NCBI GenBank assembly: GCA_964437685.1 | Contig: CAYTHV010000002.1 | Location: 2,008-66,007, forward strand | Reading direction: 5' to 3' | From: an uncultured Pirellulales bacterium | GTDB taxonomy: Bacteria > Planctomycetota > Phycisphaerae > Sedimentisphaerales > Anaerohalosphaeraceae | DNA: 64,000 bases | Shown: one piece after another, positions 9,156-18,589 of the stretch | Layout of the letters: each line of letters begins with the position of its first letter | Numbering within the stretch: position 1 is the first letter of the stretch | Position numbers and translations under genes: made by a program | The notes under the pieces: model-generated | What the model was told of the DNA's origin: nothing | Seen by the model: only the letters and a program-made list of their open reading frames with translations | The model's database searches: none

Positions 9156-9226
9156 ACGGGCGTAGTTCAGTGGTAGAACACTAGCTTCCCAAGCTAGATA
9201 TGTCGGTTCGATTCCGGTCGCCCGTA
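9156..9226 (+). tRNA. tRNA-Gly (anticodon CCC), CCA not encoded, atypical A1-U72 and A73
   Basis: Cloverleaf ACGGGCG/CGCCCGT, D-arm GTTC..GAAC, anticodon arm CTAGC-TTCCCAA-GCTAG, T-loop TTCGATT. Confidence 0.93.
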
Positions 9227-9357
9227 GTCAAGGAAAACCTTAACATGTTTTGTGAATGCAAATGCAGTTACAACAAAGACTTGCATCGCCAACGTTGAAA
9301 TTCGAAAGCTTTATGCCACCGATCGCATGTCGCATTGAATTTACCGCAACCCACTGT

Positions 9358-9880
9358 TATAGCATTTTAATTTATTATATTCGTATATCCGCATGATTCA
9401 AACCGTCCTTTTGCATCGCTGGCTGAGCCTTTTTCCAAAACCAGCGTTTCAATGCGACATCTCCTCTGTCTTGTTCACTGGCTCGTAACGCTTTTTTTTA
9501 TAACGCCAGCCCAGACGTTTTAAAGCATGGTGAATCGCAACAATGCTGCAATCAACCTTACTGGAAAAATAATCTTTTATTTCTTCCAGTGTGGCATCAG
9601 GATGCGTTCGGACAAAGTCATTGAGCTGCGACAGTTCAACACCTCTGAAAGCAGGCTTGCGGCCTTGATTTTGTGGGTATGGAGCAATACTGCCATATCG
9701 CTCTCTTCGATGTCTGAGCTGCTGTATCCACCGGGTCGTAACCTGGAACTGCTCTGCAACCTGTTTGAGAGTAGATTGGCCGCTATCATAAACAGCCAAA
9801 ACGCGTTTTCGTAAGTCCATCGAATATGCTTTCATAAACAATATATCGGAAAGACGAATACAAAAACTTAAAATGCTATA
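9358..9880 (-). mobile_element. Non-autonomous, internally deleted IS630-family element (523 bp including both TA target copies)
   Basis: 34-bp imperfect terminal inverted repeats (29/34 matches, outer 13 bp TATAGCATTTTAA perfect), TA at both ends, IS630 orfA inside. Confidence 0.9.
9449..9835 (-). pseudogene. IS630 transposase, N-terminal HTH part only; DDE domain deleted
   Basis: MKAYSMDLRKRV...PDATLEE...ALKRLGWRYKKK; A8G slippery site; the shifted frame (ALRASEQDRGDVALKR) stops about 38 codons later inside the terminal repeat. Confidence 0.88.
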
Positions 9881-10008
9881 GTAAAGGTGTTGTGCGAGTT
9901 CGATAATATTTGATGGTGTATTGCCTCTTTTTTATAGACAGTACCAGCGATGGCGTGGATAATACAAATCTGTATAATCTGGCGGCCATAAAAAATGAAA
10001 GGGAATTT

Positions 10009-11298
10009 ATGAAAAAAGTATCAAGGTCCTCAATTGCTTTTGTGGGGTTCGTGACGGCAGTTTGCTGGCTCGGTGTCAGTGCGAATGCCTCTACGGAAAC
10101 GACGGATTTCAAGAGTACGAAATTGACCGGGGACTGGTGGGGCGAGCGCACAAAACTTGCCGAGCAGGGCATCACGTTTAATATTTCGGCCGACCAGTAT
10201 TCTCAGGGGGTGCTGCACGGCGGAACCGATAAGAGCTGGAAGTATGGCGGCCTGATGGATTACAGGATTCACTTTGATTTTCAGAAAATGGGCCTCTGGC
10301 AGGGTGCGTTTTTGGATGTCCAGGCCGAGCATCAGTTCGGAGAATTTATCAACACCGACAGCGGCATATTGGTCCCCGTCAACACGGATGGGATTTTACC
10401 GCTGCCCGATTATCGGCAAGTCAATGTGGCTCAAGTCAAGTATACGCAATTTCTCTCGGAAAGCTTTGCGTTATATTTCGGAAAAATCAACACGATGATT
10501 GATTTCCAGGAAACGGCATTTACCGGCGGAGAAGGTAAAACCACATTTATAAACATGGCGAATATCTTTCAACCTGTAGCCTATCGGACTGTCCCGCTTT
10601 CAGCGCTGGGCGGCGGAGTCGCGGTTTTTCTTCCCGATGTTACCGTCAAAGATCACGCCGTTCTTTCGATAACAGCTTTGGGTGCCAACGGCATGCCGGA
10701 TACCAGCGGTTTTAACGAAGATTTTGAAGACGGAACCGCGATGATGGCCACATATCATCAGCCATCTAAATTTTTTGATAAGCCCGGCGGTCATCTTTTG
10801 ATTGGTACTTACAGTACCAAGGATTTTATAGCCCTGGACCAGGATCCGCGTTTTTTTCTTGATGCTCTGCTCGAACATCCGGTGACGTTGGATAAGGGAG
10901 AGGATTCCTGGAGCCTGATGTACAATATGCATCAATATGTTTATACTGAGCAGGAAGATGAAACACAGGGCTTTGGTTTCTTTGGTCGGTTAGGGACTGC
11001 CGATGACAAAACAAACCCGGTAGCCAACTTCTACGGCGCCGGCCTGGGCGGCAAAGGCATGATACACGGCCGGGATAACGACACCTGGGGAGTCGGCTAT
11101 TTTTATATGCAGCTTTCCAATGAATTGGGCAGAGCTATCGAACGAAACTTCGAGGACGCTCAGGGCGTTGAAGTTTTCTATAATTTTGAGTTCTCCAAAT
11201 GGCTGCATGTTTCTCCTGATTTCCAAATTATTCACCCGAGCAGTGACCGCGTTGATACGACTTATATTGCGGGATTGCGAGCGAAGATTGATTTTTGA
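10009..11298 (+). CDS. Carbohydrate-selective porin, OprB family
   Basis: Signal peptide after SD; LTGDWWGERTKLAEQGI, EVFYNF...VSPDFQ, terminal AKIDF; ORF-track start 9910 is probably too long. Confidence 0.88.
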   Translation: MKKVSRSSIAFVGFVTAVCWLGVSANASTETTDFKSTKLTGDWWGERTKLAEQGITFNISADQYSQGVLHGGTDKSWKYGGLMDYRIHFDFQKMGLWQGAFLDVQAEHQFGEFINTDSGILVPVNTDGILPLPDYRQVNVAQVKYTQFLSESFALYFGKINTMIDFQETAFTGGEGKTTFINMANIFQPVAYRTVPLSALGGGVAVFLPDVTVKDHAVLSITALGANGMPDTSGFNEDFEDGTAMMATYHQPSKFFDKPGGHLLIGTYSTKDFIALDQDPRFFLDALLEHPVTLDKGEDSWSLMYNMHQYVYTEQEDETQGFGFFGRLGTADDKTNPVANFYGAGLGGKGMIHGRDNDTWGVGYFYMQLSNELGRAIERNFEDAQGVEVFYNFEFSKWLHVSPDFQIIHPSSDRVDTTYIAGLRAKIDF

Positions 11299-11359
11299 TG
11301 AATAGCGAATGATTTGGTATTTATGAATCCTGACAGAACTATGAAAGGAGAAAAGTTCG

Positions 11360-13189
11360 ATGAGTACAAACCAGAAGGAACAACAAGGTATGAAAAACAT
11401 AGATCAATCCGCCACCGGCACAACGCGTCGCGAGTTTCTCAAGACCGCCGGTACAGGCGCTGTAGCGACGGCTATGGGCGGCCTTTTGCCGACAATTCCG
11501 GCGATGGCGGCGCCTTCGTCGAGGACATCGCTGGGCAAGGCGACGTCTGGCCCCTACAACATCTTGTTTATTCTGACGGATCAGGAGCGCCATTTTCGTG
11601 CGCATGAACTGCCCCGGGGCTACCGCCTGCCGGCGCATGAGCGGCTGGCCAAGCAAGGGGTCGTGTTCGAGAATCACCACATCAACTCCTGCGTGTGTAC
11701 CCCCTCACGCTCCGTGATCTATACCGGCCGCCACATCCAGCAGACGCGGATGTTCGATAACACGAACTTCCCCTGGATACAGAGCATGTCCACCGAGATC
11801 AAGACGGTCGGGCACATGCTGCGCGACGCCGGCTACTACACCGCCTACAAGGGAAAGTGGCACTTGACCCGCGAGTTCGAAACCGCCAACAAGCTCGAGG
11901 CCCCCGAAAAGATATTCACCAAGGAGATGGAGGCCTACGGATTTTCTGACTACCTTGGAGTCGGTGATATCATTGGGCATACGCAGGGCGGCTACCTGCA
12001 CGACGGTATGATCGCCGCCTCGGCAGCAAGCTGGCTGCACGGGCGGGCGGCGGAACTGAAACTGCAGGGCAAACCGTGGTTTCTCGCGGTGAACCTGGTC
12101 AACCCGCACGACGTGATGTTCTACAACACCGACCGGCCGGGCGAGCCTGTCCAGGAAAAAAACATTCTCTCACACATCGTCTCCGATCCGGCGCATACGC
12201 TCTATGCCAAACAATGGAATTTCGACCTTCCCGCCAGCTTTTCACAGGCGCTTAACGCGCCCGGCCGCCCCGCTGCGCATACCGAATTCAGTATCGGTAA
12301 CGATGTGATGACCGGCCCGATTCCTGCCAACGAACCCTGGCGATGGCGCAAGCGGAACAATTTCTATCTCAACTGCCTGCGCGACGTGGATCGCCACATC
12401 GCCACCGTACTCGACGAACTGGAGGCCAGCGGGCACGCCGACAACACCATCGTCATTCTGACCTCGGACCATGGCGAACTCAGTGGCGCGCACCAGTTGT
12501 CCGGCAAGGGGCCTACCTCCTACCGCGAACAAAACAACGTCCCGCTGATCGTCGCGCACCCGGGCTTCTCGGGCGGCAAGCGATGCAAGGCTGTAACCTC
12601 ACACCTCGACATCGCCCCGACCCTCATTTCTCTGACCAACGCGAGCATGGAGAAGAAAGCAGCAATCGTCAAGGACTTGCCGGGCAAGGACTTCTCCCCG
12701 GTACTCGCCGCTCCGGAGAAAGCGGGTCTCAACGCAGTGCGCGATGGCCAGTTGTTCTGTTTCAACATGTTCGCTTCACTGGATGGCAGCTTCCTGCAGA
12801 AGGCGCGTGATTTATTGAAACAGGGTGGCGCAGCGAAGGTCAAGGAATCCGGCCTGCGTCCGGATATCTCCAAACGCGGCGCGATTCGCAGTGTATTCGA
12901 CGGCCGCTATCAGTTCACGCGGTACTTTTCGCCCAGGCAGCACAACCGCCCCGAGTCAATCGAGGAATTGTTCAAGCTGAACGACGTCGAATTGTTCGAT
13001 ATTCAGGCTGACCCGAACGAAGTCAACAATCTTGCCATGGATCCAAAGAAGCATGCGGATATCCTCGCGGCCATGAATGCAAAGCTGAACAAGCTAATCG
13101 ATACGGAAGTAGGTGAGGATGTCGGACAAATGCTGCCCGGCGGCGTGGACGCCGGCTGGGTCGCGACCCCCGCCGTCAACGACTTGTGA
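11360..13189 (+). CDS. Tat-exported formylglycine-dependent sulfatase
   Basis: TRREFLK twin-arginine signal; NILFILTDQ, CTPSR, YKGKWHL, TSDHG motifs. Confidence 0.92.
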   Translation: MSTNQKEQQGMKNIDQSATGTTRREFLKTAGTGAVATAMGGLLPTIPAMAAPSSRTSLGKATSGPYNILFILTDQERHFRAHELPRGYRLPAHERLAKQGVVFENHHINSCVCTPSRSVIYTGRHIQQTRMFDNTNFPWIQSMSTEIKTVGHMLRDAGYYTAYKGKWHLTREFETANKLEAPEKIFTKEMEAYGFSDYLGVGDIIGHTQGGYLHDGMIAASAASWLHGRAAELKLQGKPWFLAVNLVNPHDVMFYNTDRPGEPVQEKNILSHIVSDPAHTLYAKQWNFDLPASFSQALNAPGRPAAHTEFSIGNDVMTGPIPANEPWRWRKRNNFYLNCLRDVDRHIATVLDELEASGHADNTIVILTSDHGELSGAHQLSGKGPTSYREQNNVPLIVAHPGFSGGKRCKAVTSHLDIAPTLISLTNASMEKKAAIVKDLPGKDFSPVLAAPEKAGLNAVRDGQLFCFNMFASLDGSFLQKARDLLKQGGAAKVKESGLRPDISKRGAIRSVFDGRYQFTRYFSPRQHNRPESIEELFKLNDVELFDIQADPNEVNNLAMDPKKHADILAAMNAKLNKLIDTEVGEDVGQMLPGGVDAGWVATPAVNDL

Positions 13190-13381
13190 TCGCGGGAAGA
13201 CCTGGAGCATTTGGTGAACTGACGGCCGCCAATGCAGCGATCCGGCAACCATCGCGCAGGATCTAACCGTTTTTAACATCACCAAGAATGCCGTCGTCGT
13301 CCGTCAGGCGATAATAGACCCGGCCGCCTGGCCTGTTATACAGGATTCCGGCAGTTCGATGCACAAATAGAGAGAATGAAC

Positions 13382-13413
13382 GAAAACCCCATTCTTTAAA
13401 GACAGGGGTTTTC
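13382..13413. terminator. Inverted repeat or hairpin downstream of the sulfatase
   Basis: GAAAACCCC-N14-GGGGTTTTC. Confidence 0.4.
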
Positions 13414-13794
13414 TGAAAGGTTTTATAGCGTGAAGGTTTTAAGGATTCATTGAAAAATAACCCACAATCAATGTTTTCCATGGGATAATTCGGTCGAAAT
13501 TGGGTTTCGGAGATTGCCTTAACCTCTTAGCCCATAATGGTTTATACTACTATTGTTAGGTCGATATTAACGGGATAGACGGATAAAGCAGTTCGATAAT
13601 CGTCCACCCAGCCGTAGTTGAGAGGCCAACTGGTATTTTTTTGCCAGTATTTCAAACGGTAACATGTAGTTTCCACAAGGGGTTACGTCATTCAACTCCA
13701 AGTTCGATAATACAGTCCCTTGTCATGATTACTAAAGGGAAAAACGGCAAAAATGCACCTTACTCAGCAAACCTTAATTACTGACCTTTATGCA

Positions 13795-15072
13795 CTATTT
13801 TAATTTTGATAAGAAATCAAGACGTTTAATCGACTGAATCATTGATCGGACGGAATGATAGTTTATTTTCCATGAGTGGCTCATGTGATTCCAGATTAGG
13901 GTATTGCCATCACGCGACATCAGCGGCCACCATTCGCCAACTTTGTGATTAATCATTTTATCGAAAACAAAGCGGTGTACTTTTTTATAGGCCTGCCAAT
14001 AGGACTCGGTTCCAAACAGAATACAGCCATCCAGCATGCCGATAAGCGTCTCCGCCTGCTGCCAGAACTCTTTTTCTTTATCGTGGGCTTCGCTGCCATC
14101 ATGTGGACCTTCGACGTAGACTCCGCCGTATTCATAGTCAATCCCGGCCTTGACGGCATGGTCAAGCTGTTTTCTCATAATGCTTTCGCAGGGTTTTGAG
14201 TTTTCTCCAAGAATATTCAGAGCATGCAGCAGCAACCATGCGAACTCGACATTATGGCCGTATGAGGTGTTATCTTCGGCATGTACTTTCTGGCCTCCGC
14301 TGGAAAATCGGTCCCAGCCCCATACGATGTCAAATTTAATTTGCGGAGCAACTTTCCAATCCGCCCAGAATTGTGGGATGCCGGTGGCAAATTTGGGATG
14401 CAAAATGCGTTTTGTCAAGAGGTCAATGTCTTCTTTGAGTTTGCGTTTGTGCAGTGAACTTTGGCTGCATTCATAGAGCGTTGTAAAGGCTTCCATCAGG
14501 TGCATGTGTGCGTCCAGTGTTTTTCGGTCGCCGCCGCCGCTGCCGGGGCCGCATAGTTCCCAATTCCGCTCAAACATCTCAAAGTAACCGCCATACATGG
14601 TGTCTGTACAGTATTTCTGGATTAAATCAAACGTGGCTTCTGCGTATTCGATGCCGCGTTTGTCGCCGGTTGCCAGGGTGTATTCGCTTAAGGCATATAT
14701 GGCAAAACTAAGGCCGTATAGTATTTTTTTATCAATCTGGACGTTTCCTTTTCTGTCGACAGTCCAGTAAAAACCGCCATGTGTTTTATCCCACATTTTG
14801 TTTAAGAGAAAATCGACGCCGTGTTTTGCGAATTCAGCACATACACCGTTGCCGTAACCGGCACGATGAGCGGATGACATCGTATAGACAAAGCGTGTCT
14901 GAGCAATCAGCGATTTTTGATCTTCGCCGGTATCGCATCCATCCTTGTCAAAATGCGTGATAAAGCCGCCGTTGAGGGTATCTTTGCTGCGGGTGAGCCA
15001 GAAGGGCAACAGCTCTTTTGTCAGGTGCTGATGTATTTCATCTTTTAGTGTCAGAATTTCCTCTTTTTTCAT
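13795..15072 (-). CDS. AGE-family epimerase (N-acylglucosamine/cellobiose 2-epimerase-like)
   Basis: LLPFW..GGF, QTRFVY, DAHMHLMEA, SYGHNVEFAWLL, FWQQAE, NYHSVR (three catalytic His positions present). Confidence 0.9.
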   Translation of the reverse strand: MKKEEILTLKDEIHQHLTKELLPFWLTRSKDTLNGGFITHFDKDGCDTGEDQKSLIAQTRFVYTMSSAHRAGYGNGVCAEFAKHGVDFLLNKMWDKTHGGFYWTVDRKGNVQIDKKILYGLSFAIYALSEYTLATGDKRGIEYAEATFDLIQKYCTDTMYGGYFEMFERNWELCGPGSGGGDRKTLDAHMHLMEAFTTLYECSQSSLHKRKLKEDIDLLTKRILHPKFATGIPQFWADWKVAPQIKFDIVWGWDRFSSGGQKVHAEDNTSYGHNVEFAWLLLHALNILGENSKPCESIMRKQLDHAVKAGIDYEYGGVYVEGPHDGSEAHDKEKEFWQQAETLIGMLDGCILFGTESYWQAYKKVHRFVFDKMINHKVGEWWPLMSRDGNTLIWNHMSHSWKINYHSVRSMIQSIKRLDFLSKLK

Positions 15073-15074
15073 AA

Positions 15075-16979
15075 TCAGTCTCCAAAGAGCTTCAATAAAG
15101 AGGCGAGTTGAGAGAAATCAGATATTATGAAATGTGCACCGGCTTTGACCAGGCGTGCACGTTTTTCTGTATTCATACCATACCGCCGTACTTCATCGCT
15201 TGCGATACCCAGTGCGATACCTTCTCTTTTACGTGACTCTCGCATCTCGACGGGGCCGTCGCCGACAACCAGCAGTTCCGAACCGCTCAACTTATTTTCT
15301 GTCATAATCTTTTCGATGACCATTTTCTTGGAGAATTTTGGATCATCTTTGACCGAGCCATAAATGCCGCCATTTAATAAGCCTGCGTAGCCGAGTATTT
15401 TTGCTTCTTCAAGCACATCTTCATAATCTGTCCCGCTGGCCAGATACAGTGTGATTCCTTTGCTCCGCAATTGTTTTAGAAATTCAACAGAACCTTTGAT
15501 GGTATAATCCTGTAAATTTAATTCGCCGCGTTTGAAACGTGCGGTACGGTCGTTGACCATCAGCATCAGGGCGTCATTGTATATTTGTTTGTAACCCCAT
15601 TTGTCCAATATCTGATCCTGCGGGACAACGCCGAATTCATGGATGATTTCAATCAACCCCTGCATTTGCTTGACGGTTTCAATGCCCGTCGATTTATCAA
15701 TGTATTCTCGCACACGATGCCGTACGCGGTGATAGGTTGTCTCATCGGCCGTTTTGTAGCGGTCGCCAAGGATGGCCTTGATCATCACAGGTTCCATGAT
15801 TTGCTCCCATCCCTGCCGCAGCGTGCTGATAGTACCATCATGGTCAAAAACGGCATGCTTAATGTGTCGCAGCGAAATTGCGTCTTGCGGGTAGCATAAT
15901 TCGATTTCAGAAGAGGCAGCATAGACAGCCCTTCTGGAATCATCCGCAAGTTCCGGCAGATAGATATAATCCGGATCGCGTGCGATTTCTAAAATTTCGT
16001 CACGGTTTGCGGTGCCTGTCTGGAACAATTTCTGGGCAGTGACGGAAGCTGCGAAATTTGCCATAGTCGCCGAGTCTCCGGCGGATACACCCGCCGCCAG
16101 GCACAGCGACAGCATACTTAAAGAGGTGTCTCCGCAGCCGACGGTATCAATTTTTTTCATTAATTGTATGCCGGGAACTTCATGGACACCTTCCGCATCA
16201 GCGGCAATAATGCCTCGAGGGCCGCGTGTGATAAACGCCGGTTTGTGTGTTTTTTGATAGAGCTGTTGAATATGTTTTTTTGTATCTTCATACGATATAA
16301 CATCATCATGCGCAGCTTGTACCCCGGCAAGTCTGGCAGCTTCGACGGCGTTAGTCTTGCGATAGACATTCGTTGTAAAGCGGTCACCATAATGGCGCGA
16401 ATCAAGAAATATAATTTTATCGCTGAATTCATTGAATAACTTATTGGCGCTTTCGATAAAATTGCTGTTATTCAAACTCCCCGGCACCTGCTGATTAAAA
16501 ATGACCACATCAACCGCCTGTAGGGCTTTCCGCAGATACTGTAAAATTTGTGCCTCTGTTTCGGGTGAACGTTTATTGAAAAAGCCAAAATCAAATCGCT
16601 GCAGCTCTTTGTTATCAAGATAAGGTTTTCCGAATACCATAGTGTCGAAGTTTTCTTTTTGAACGACCATGCCGGAGGTGTCAACCTGAAAAGCCTGAAG
16701 CTGTCGGACTAATTCTCTTCCGAAAATGTCATCACCGATAATTCCAATGGCTCGAATTTCTTTGGGCTTTAGTGCAACCAGATTAGCGACAATGTTGGAC
16801 GCGCCGCCAAGCGAGTAGTAGTGTTTATTGATTGCCTGAGTCGGCAGACCTGTTTCGACGGAAATTTCACCGCCTTTTGGATTGAGCATCCAATACGCAT
16901 CCAGACAAAAATCGCCATAGACGGCAACTTTAACTTTTTTAATTTTTTCGAATATTTCCGATAATTTTTCAAATTTCAT
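15075..16979 (-). CDS. HldE/RfaE-type PfkB sugar kinase fused to a HAD phosphatase
   Basis: N-terminal VYGDFCLDAY, LGGASNIVANL, IDTVGCGDT; C-terminal FDHDGT, LASGT, VVGDG; no nucleotidyltransferase domain. Confidence 0.85.
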   Translation of the reverse strand: MKFEKLSEIFEKIKKVKVAVYGDFCLDAYWMLNPKGGEISVETGLPTQAINKHYYSLGGASNIVANLVALKPKEIRAIGIIGDDIFGRELVRQLQAFQVDTSGMVVQKENFDTMVFGKPYLDNKELQRFDFGFFNKRSPETEAQILQYLRKALQAVDVVIFNQQVPGSLNNSNFIESANKLFNEFSDKIIFLDSRHYGDRFTTNVYRKTNAVEAARLAGVQAAHDDVISYEDTKKHIQQLYQKTHKPAFITRGPRGIIAADAEGVHEVPGIQLMKKIDTVGCGDTSLSMLSLCLAAGVSAGDSATMANFAASVTAQKLFQTGTANRDEILEIARDPDYIYLPELADDSRRAVYAASSEIELCYPQDAISLRHIKHAVFDHDGTISTLRQGWEQIMEPVMIKAILGDRYKTADETTYHRVRHRVREYIDKSTGIETVKQMQGLIEIIHEFGVVPQDQILDKWGYKQIYNDALMLMVNDRTARFKRGELNLQDYTIKGSVEFLKQLRSKGITLYLASGTDYEDVLEEAKILGYAGLLNGGIYGSVKDDPKFSKKMVIEKIMTENKLSGSELLVVGDGPVEMRESRKREGIALGIASDEVRRYGMNTEKRARLVKAGAHFIISDFSQLASLLKLFGD

Positions 16980-16984
16980 ATTTT

Positions 16985-17554
16985 TTAACTTTCTATAAAT
17001 TGGTTTTCGACCAGATCACAAATGATATGGTAGGCCAGGATATGCATTTCCTGTGCGGTGCTTGTATATTGGGTCTGAGAACAAAAGCAGAAGTCGGATT
17101 TTTTTTCCAGTTCACTGCCGCTTTTGCCTGTAAAGGCGATGATGGACGCCTGCTTTGCCTTGGCGGCGTCCACGGCTTTAAGAATGTTCTTGGATGTGCC
17201 GCTGGTTGAAAACGTCCAGAGGACATCGCCCGGCTTTACCAGTCCCTGTACCTGACGTAAAAATACATCGTCAAAGCTGTAATCATTGCCGATGCAGGTC
17301 AGGATGGAGGTATCCGTCGATAATGCTACCGCCGGCAGCGGCTGGCGTTCTTTTCGAAACCTGCCGATAAATTCGCCGGCGATATGCTGGCAATCCGCCG
17401 CCGAACCGCCATTGCCGCATAAATACAGGCTGTGTTCCGATTTAAATGCTTTAACGATGAGTTCAGAAATTTTAACTAAAACGCCTGTTTTGCTCTCGAA
17501 TTCCGAAAGAGCTTTTTTATGTTCCTGAATATTTGTGCTGATGATCGTGTTCAT
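16985..17554 (-). CDS. gmhA: Phosphoheptose isomerase (SIS domain)
   Basis: CGNGGSAADCQHIAGEF, IGNDYSFD, STSGTSKN, QEMH. Confidence 0.92.
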   Translation of the reverse strand: MNTIISTNIQEHKKALSEFESKTGVLVKISELIVKAFKSEHSLYLCGNGGSAADCQHIAGEFIGRFRKERQPLPAVALSTDTSILTCIGNDYSFDDVFLRQVQGLVKPGDVLWTFSTSGTSKNILKAVDAAKAKQASIIAFTGKSGSELEKKSDFCFCSQTQYTSTAQEMHILAYHIICDLVENQFIES

Positions 17555-18585
17555 TATAGCTGCTCCACAATCTTTTTATACAGCAGGGGGATGGTGTTTT
17601 TCTTTTTTTTTTGGACGTAAAATCCTTGACCATTGAATGCTTCCGGGATTCGTGTTACAACGCTTTTTTGGTCGCGGAAATAATAATTCTGTGCAGACTC
17701 ATCCGTCATTGCCGCAGGTTCGAAATGACGTATGTCAAAATCGGCAGAAATAATGCCGTTGGGAACCTTGCCGATATTACCGGCCATGCTTGCCGCTTTT
17801 AGAAATACTTCCGGGCCTGTTACGGCACTGCCGATGTTCAGGATGACGCCGCCCTGTGTTAATTTGCATGTTTCTTCCGTGTAAATCAGGAAATCTCGGC
17901 CGCTACAGCCGCCCTTGGCGCAACCATCAAATGACGTGTGCTGGTCAATCACATCGGTGCCAATACCGGTATGAACGGTAAATGGGACACCTTTTTTATA
18001 ACACGCGACAAGAATGCTCAGTTCTGGATGAGAAAACTCTTTGGGAGAATGATCTCTTGCGACAATTTTCAGTACCTCTGCCTGAAATGCCTTATCGCAT
18101 ATCATTTTGCCGAGGGATTCGCCGTATCCGAGCTTGTATTTGTCGCCAAGCTGAACGGCAATATTGTGGTAGGCAAATTCGTATGCCATCCCAAATTGTC
18201 CCTGTTCCAGGGCTTGCGGGACATATTCGCTGGTTTCGCCAATCAAGGCCAGCTCAAAATCATGAATAGAAGTTGCCCCGTTACCCGCAAATAATGTAAT
18301 TAATCCGCGGCTGACAAGGTCGGCCATCAATGGCCCAAGGCCGTTTTTTATCAGGTGTGCGCCACTAAAGACAATCACCGGCTTGTTTTCTTTGCGACTT
18401 TTCACGATGGCCTTTGCGACTTCATCGATCTTTTTTAATGTTTCGTCTGAGCATGCATAGTTTTGTCCAAGCGCCACAGATGGGGTTACGATATCTTTCA
18501 GTTTGACCTTGTTTGTTCGATCACTGATAGGATATGTTTTGATTGCTGCGGCATTGAATATCTTATAACGACCTTTGTATTCCAT
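17554..18585 (-). CDS. Deoxyhypusine-synthase-fold hypothetical protein (GSU2086-like)
   Basis: GAHLIKNGL, GNGATSIHDFELALIGETSEYV, IGTDVIDQH, NIGSAVTGPEVFLKA motifs recalled for this family. Confidence 0.7.
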   Translation of the reverse strand: MEYKGRYKIFNAAAIKTYPISDRTNKVKLKDIVTPSVALGQNYACSDETLKKIDEVAKAIVKSRKENKPVIVFSGAHLIKNGLGPLMADLVSRGLITLFAGNGATSIHDFELALIGETSEYVPQALEQGQFGMAYEFAYHNIAVQLGDKYKLGYGESLGKMICDKAFQAEVLKIVARDHSPKEFSHPELSILVACYKKGVPFTVHTGIGTDVIDQHTSFDGCAKGGCSGRDFLIYTEETCKLTQGGVILNIGSAVTGPEVFLKAASMAGNIGKVPNGIISADFDIRHFEPAAMTDESAQNYYFRDQKSVVTRIPEAFNGQGFYVQKKKKNTIPLLYKKIVEQL

Positions 18586-18589
18586 ACTT

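Noticed and set aside
9910-10008. ORF-track N-terminal extensions (also 30440, 40817, 52568, 61558, 61677)
   Set aside because: Downstream ATGs have better SD sites and put signal peptides or family N-termini at the start
13263-13481. 72-aa minus-strand ORF ending AGILYNRPGGRVYYRLTD (ArsR-wing-like remnant)
   Set aside because: The similarity is short with off spacing and no HTH upstream; it could be a gene fragment but cannot be supported without a search
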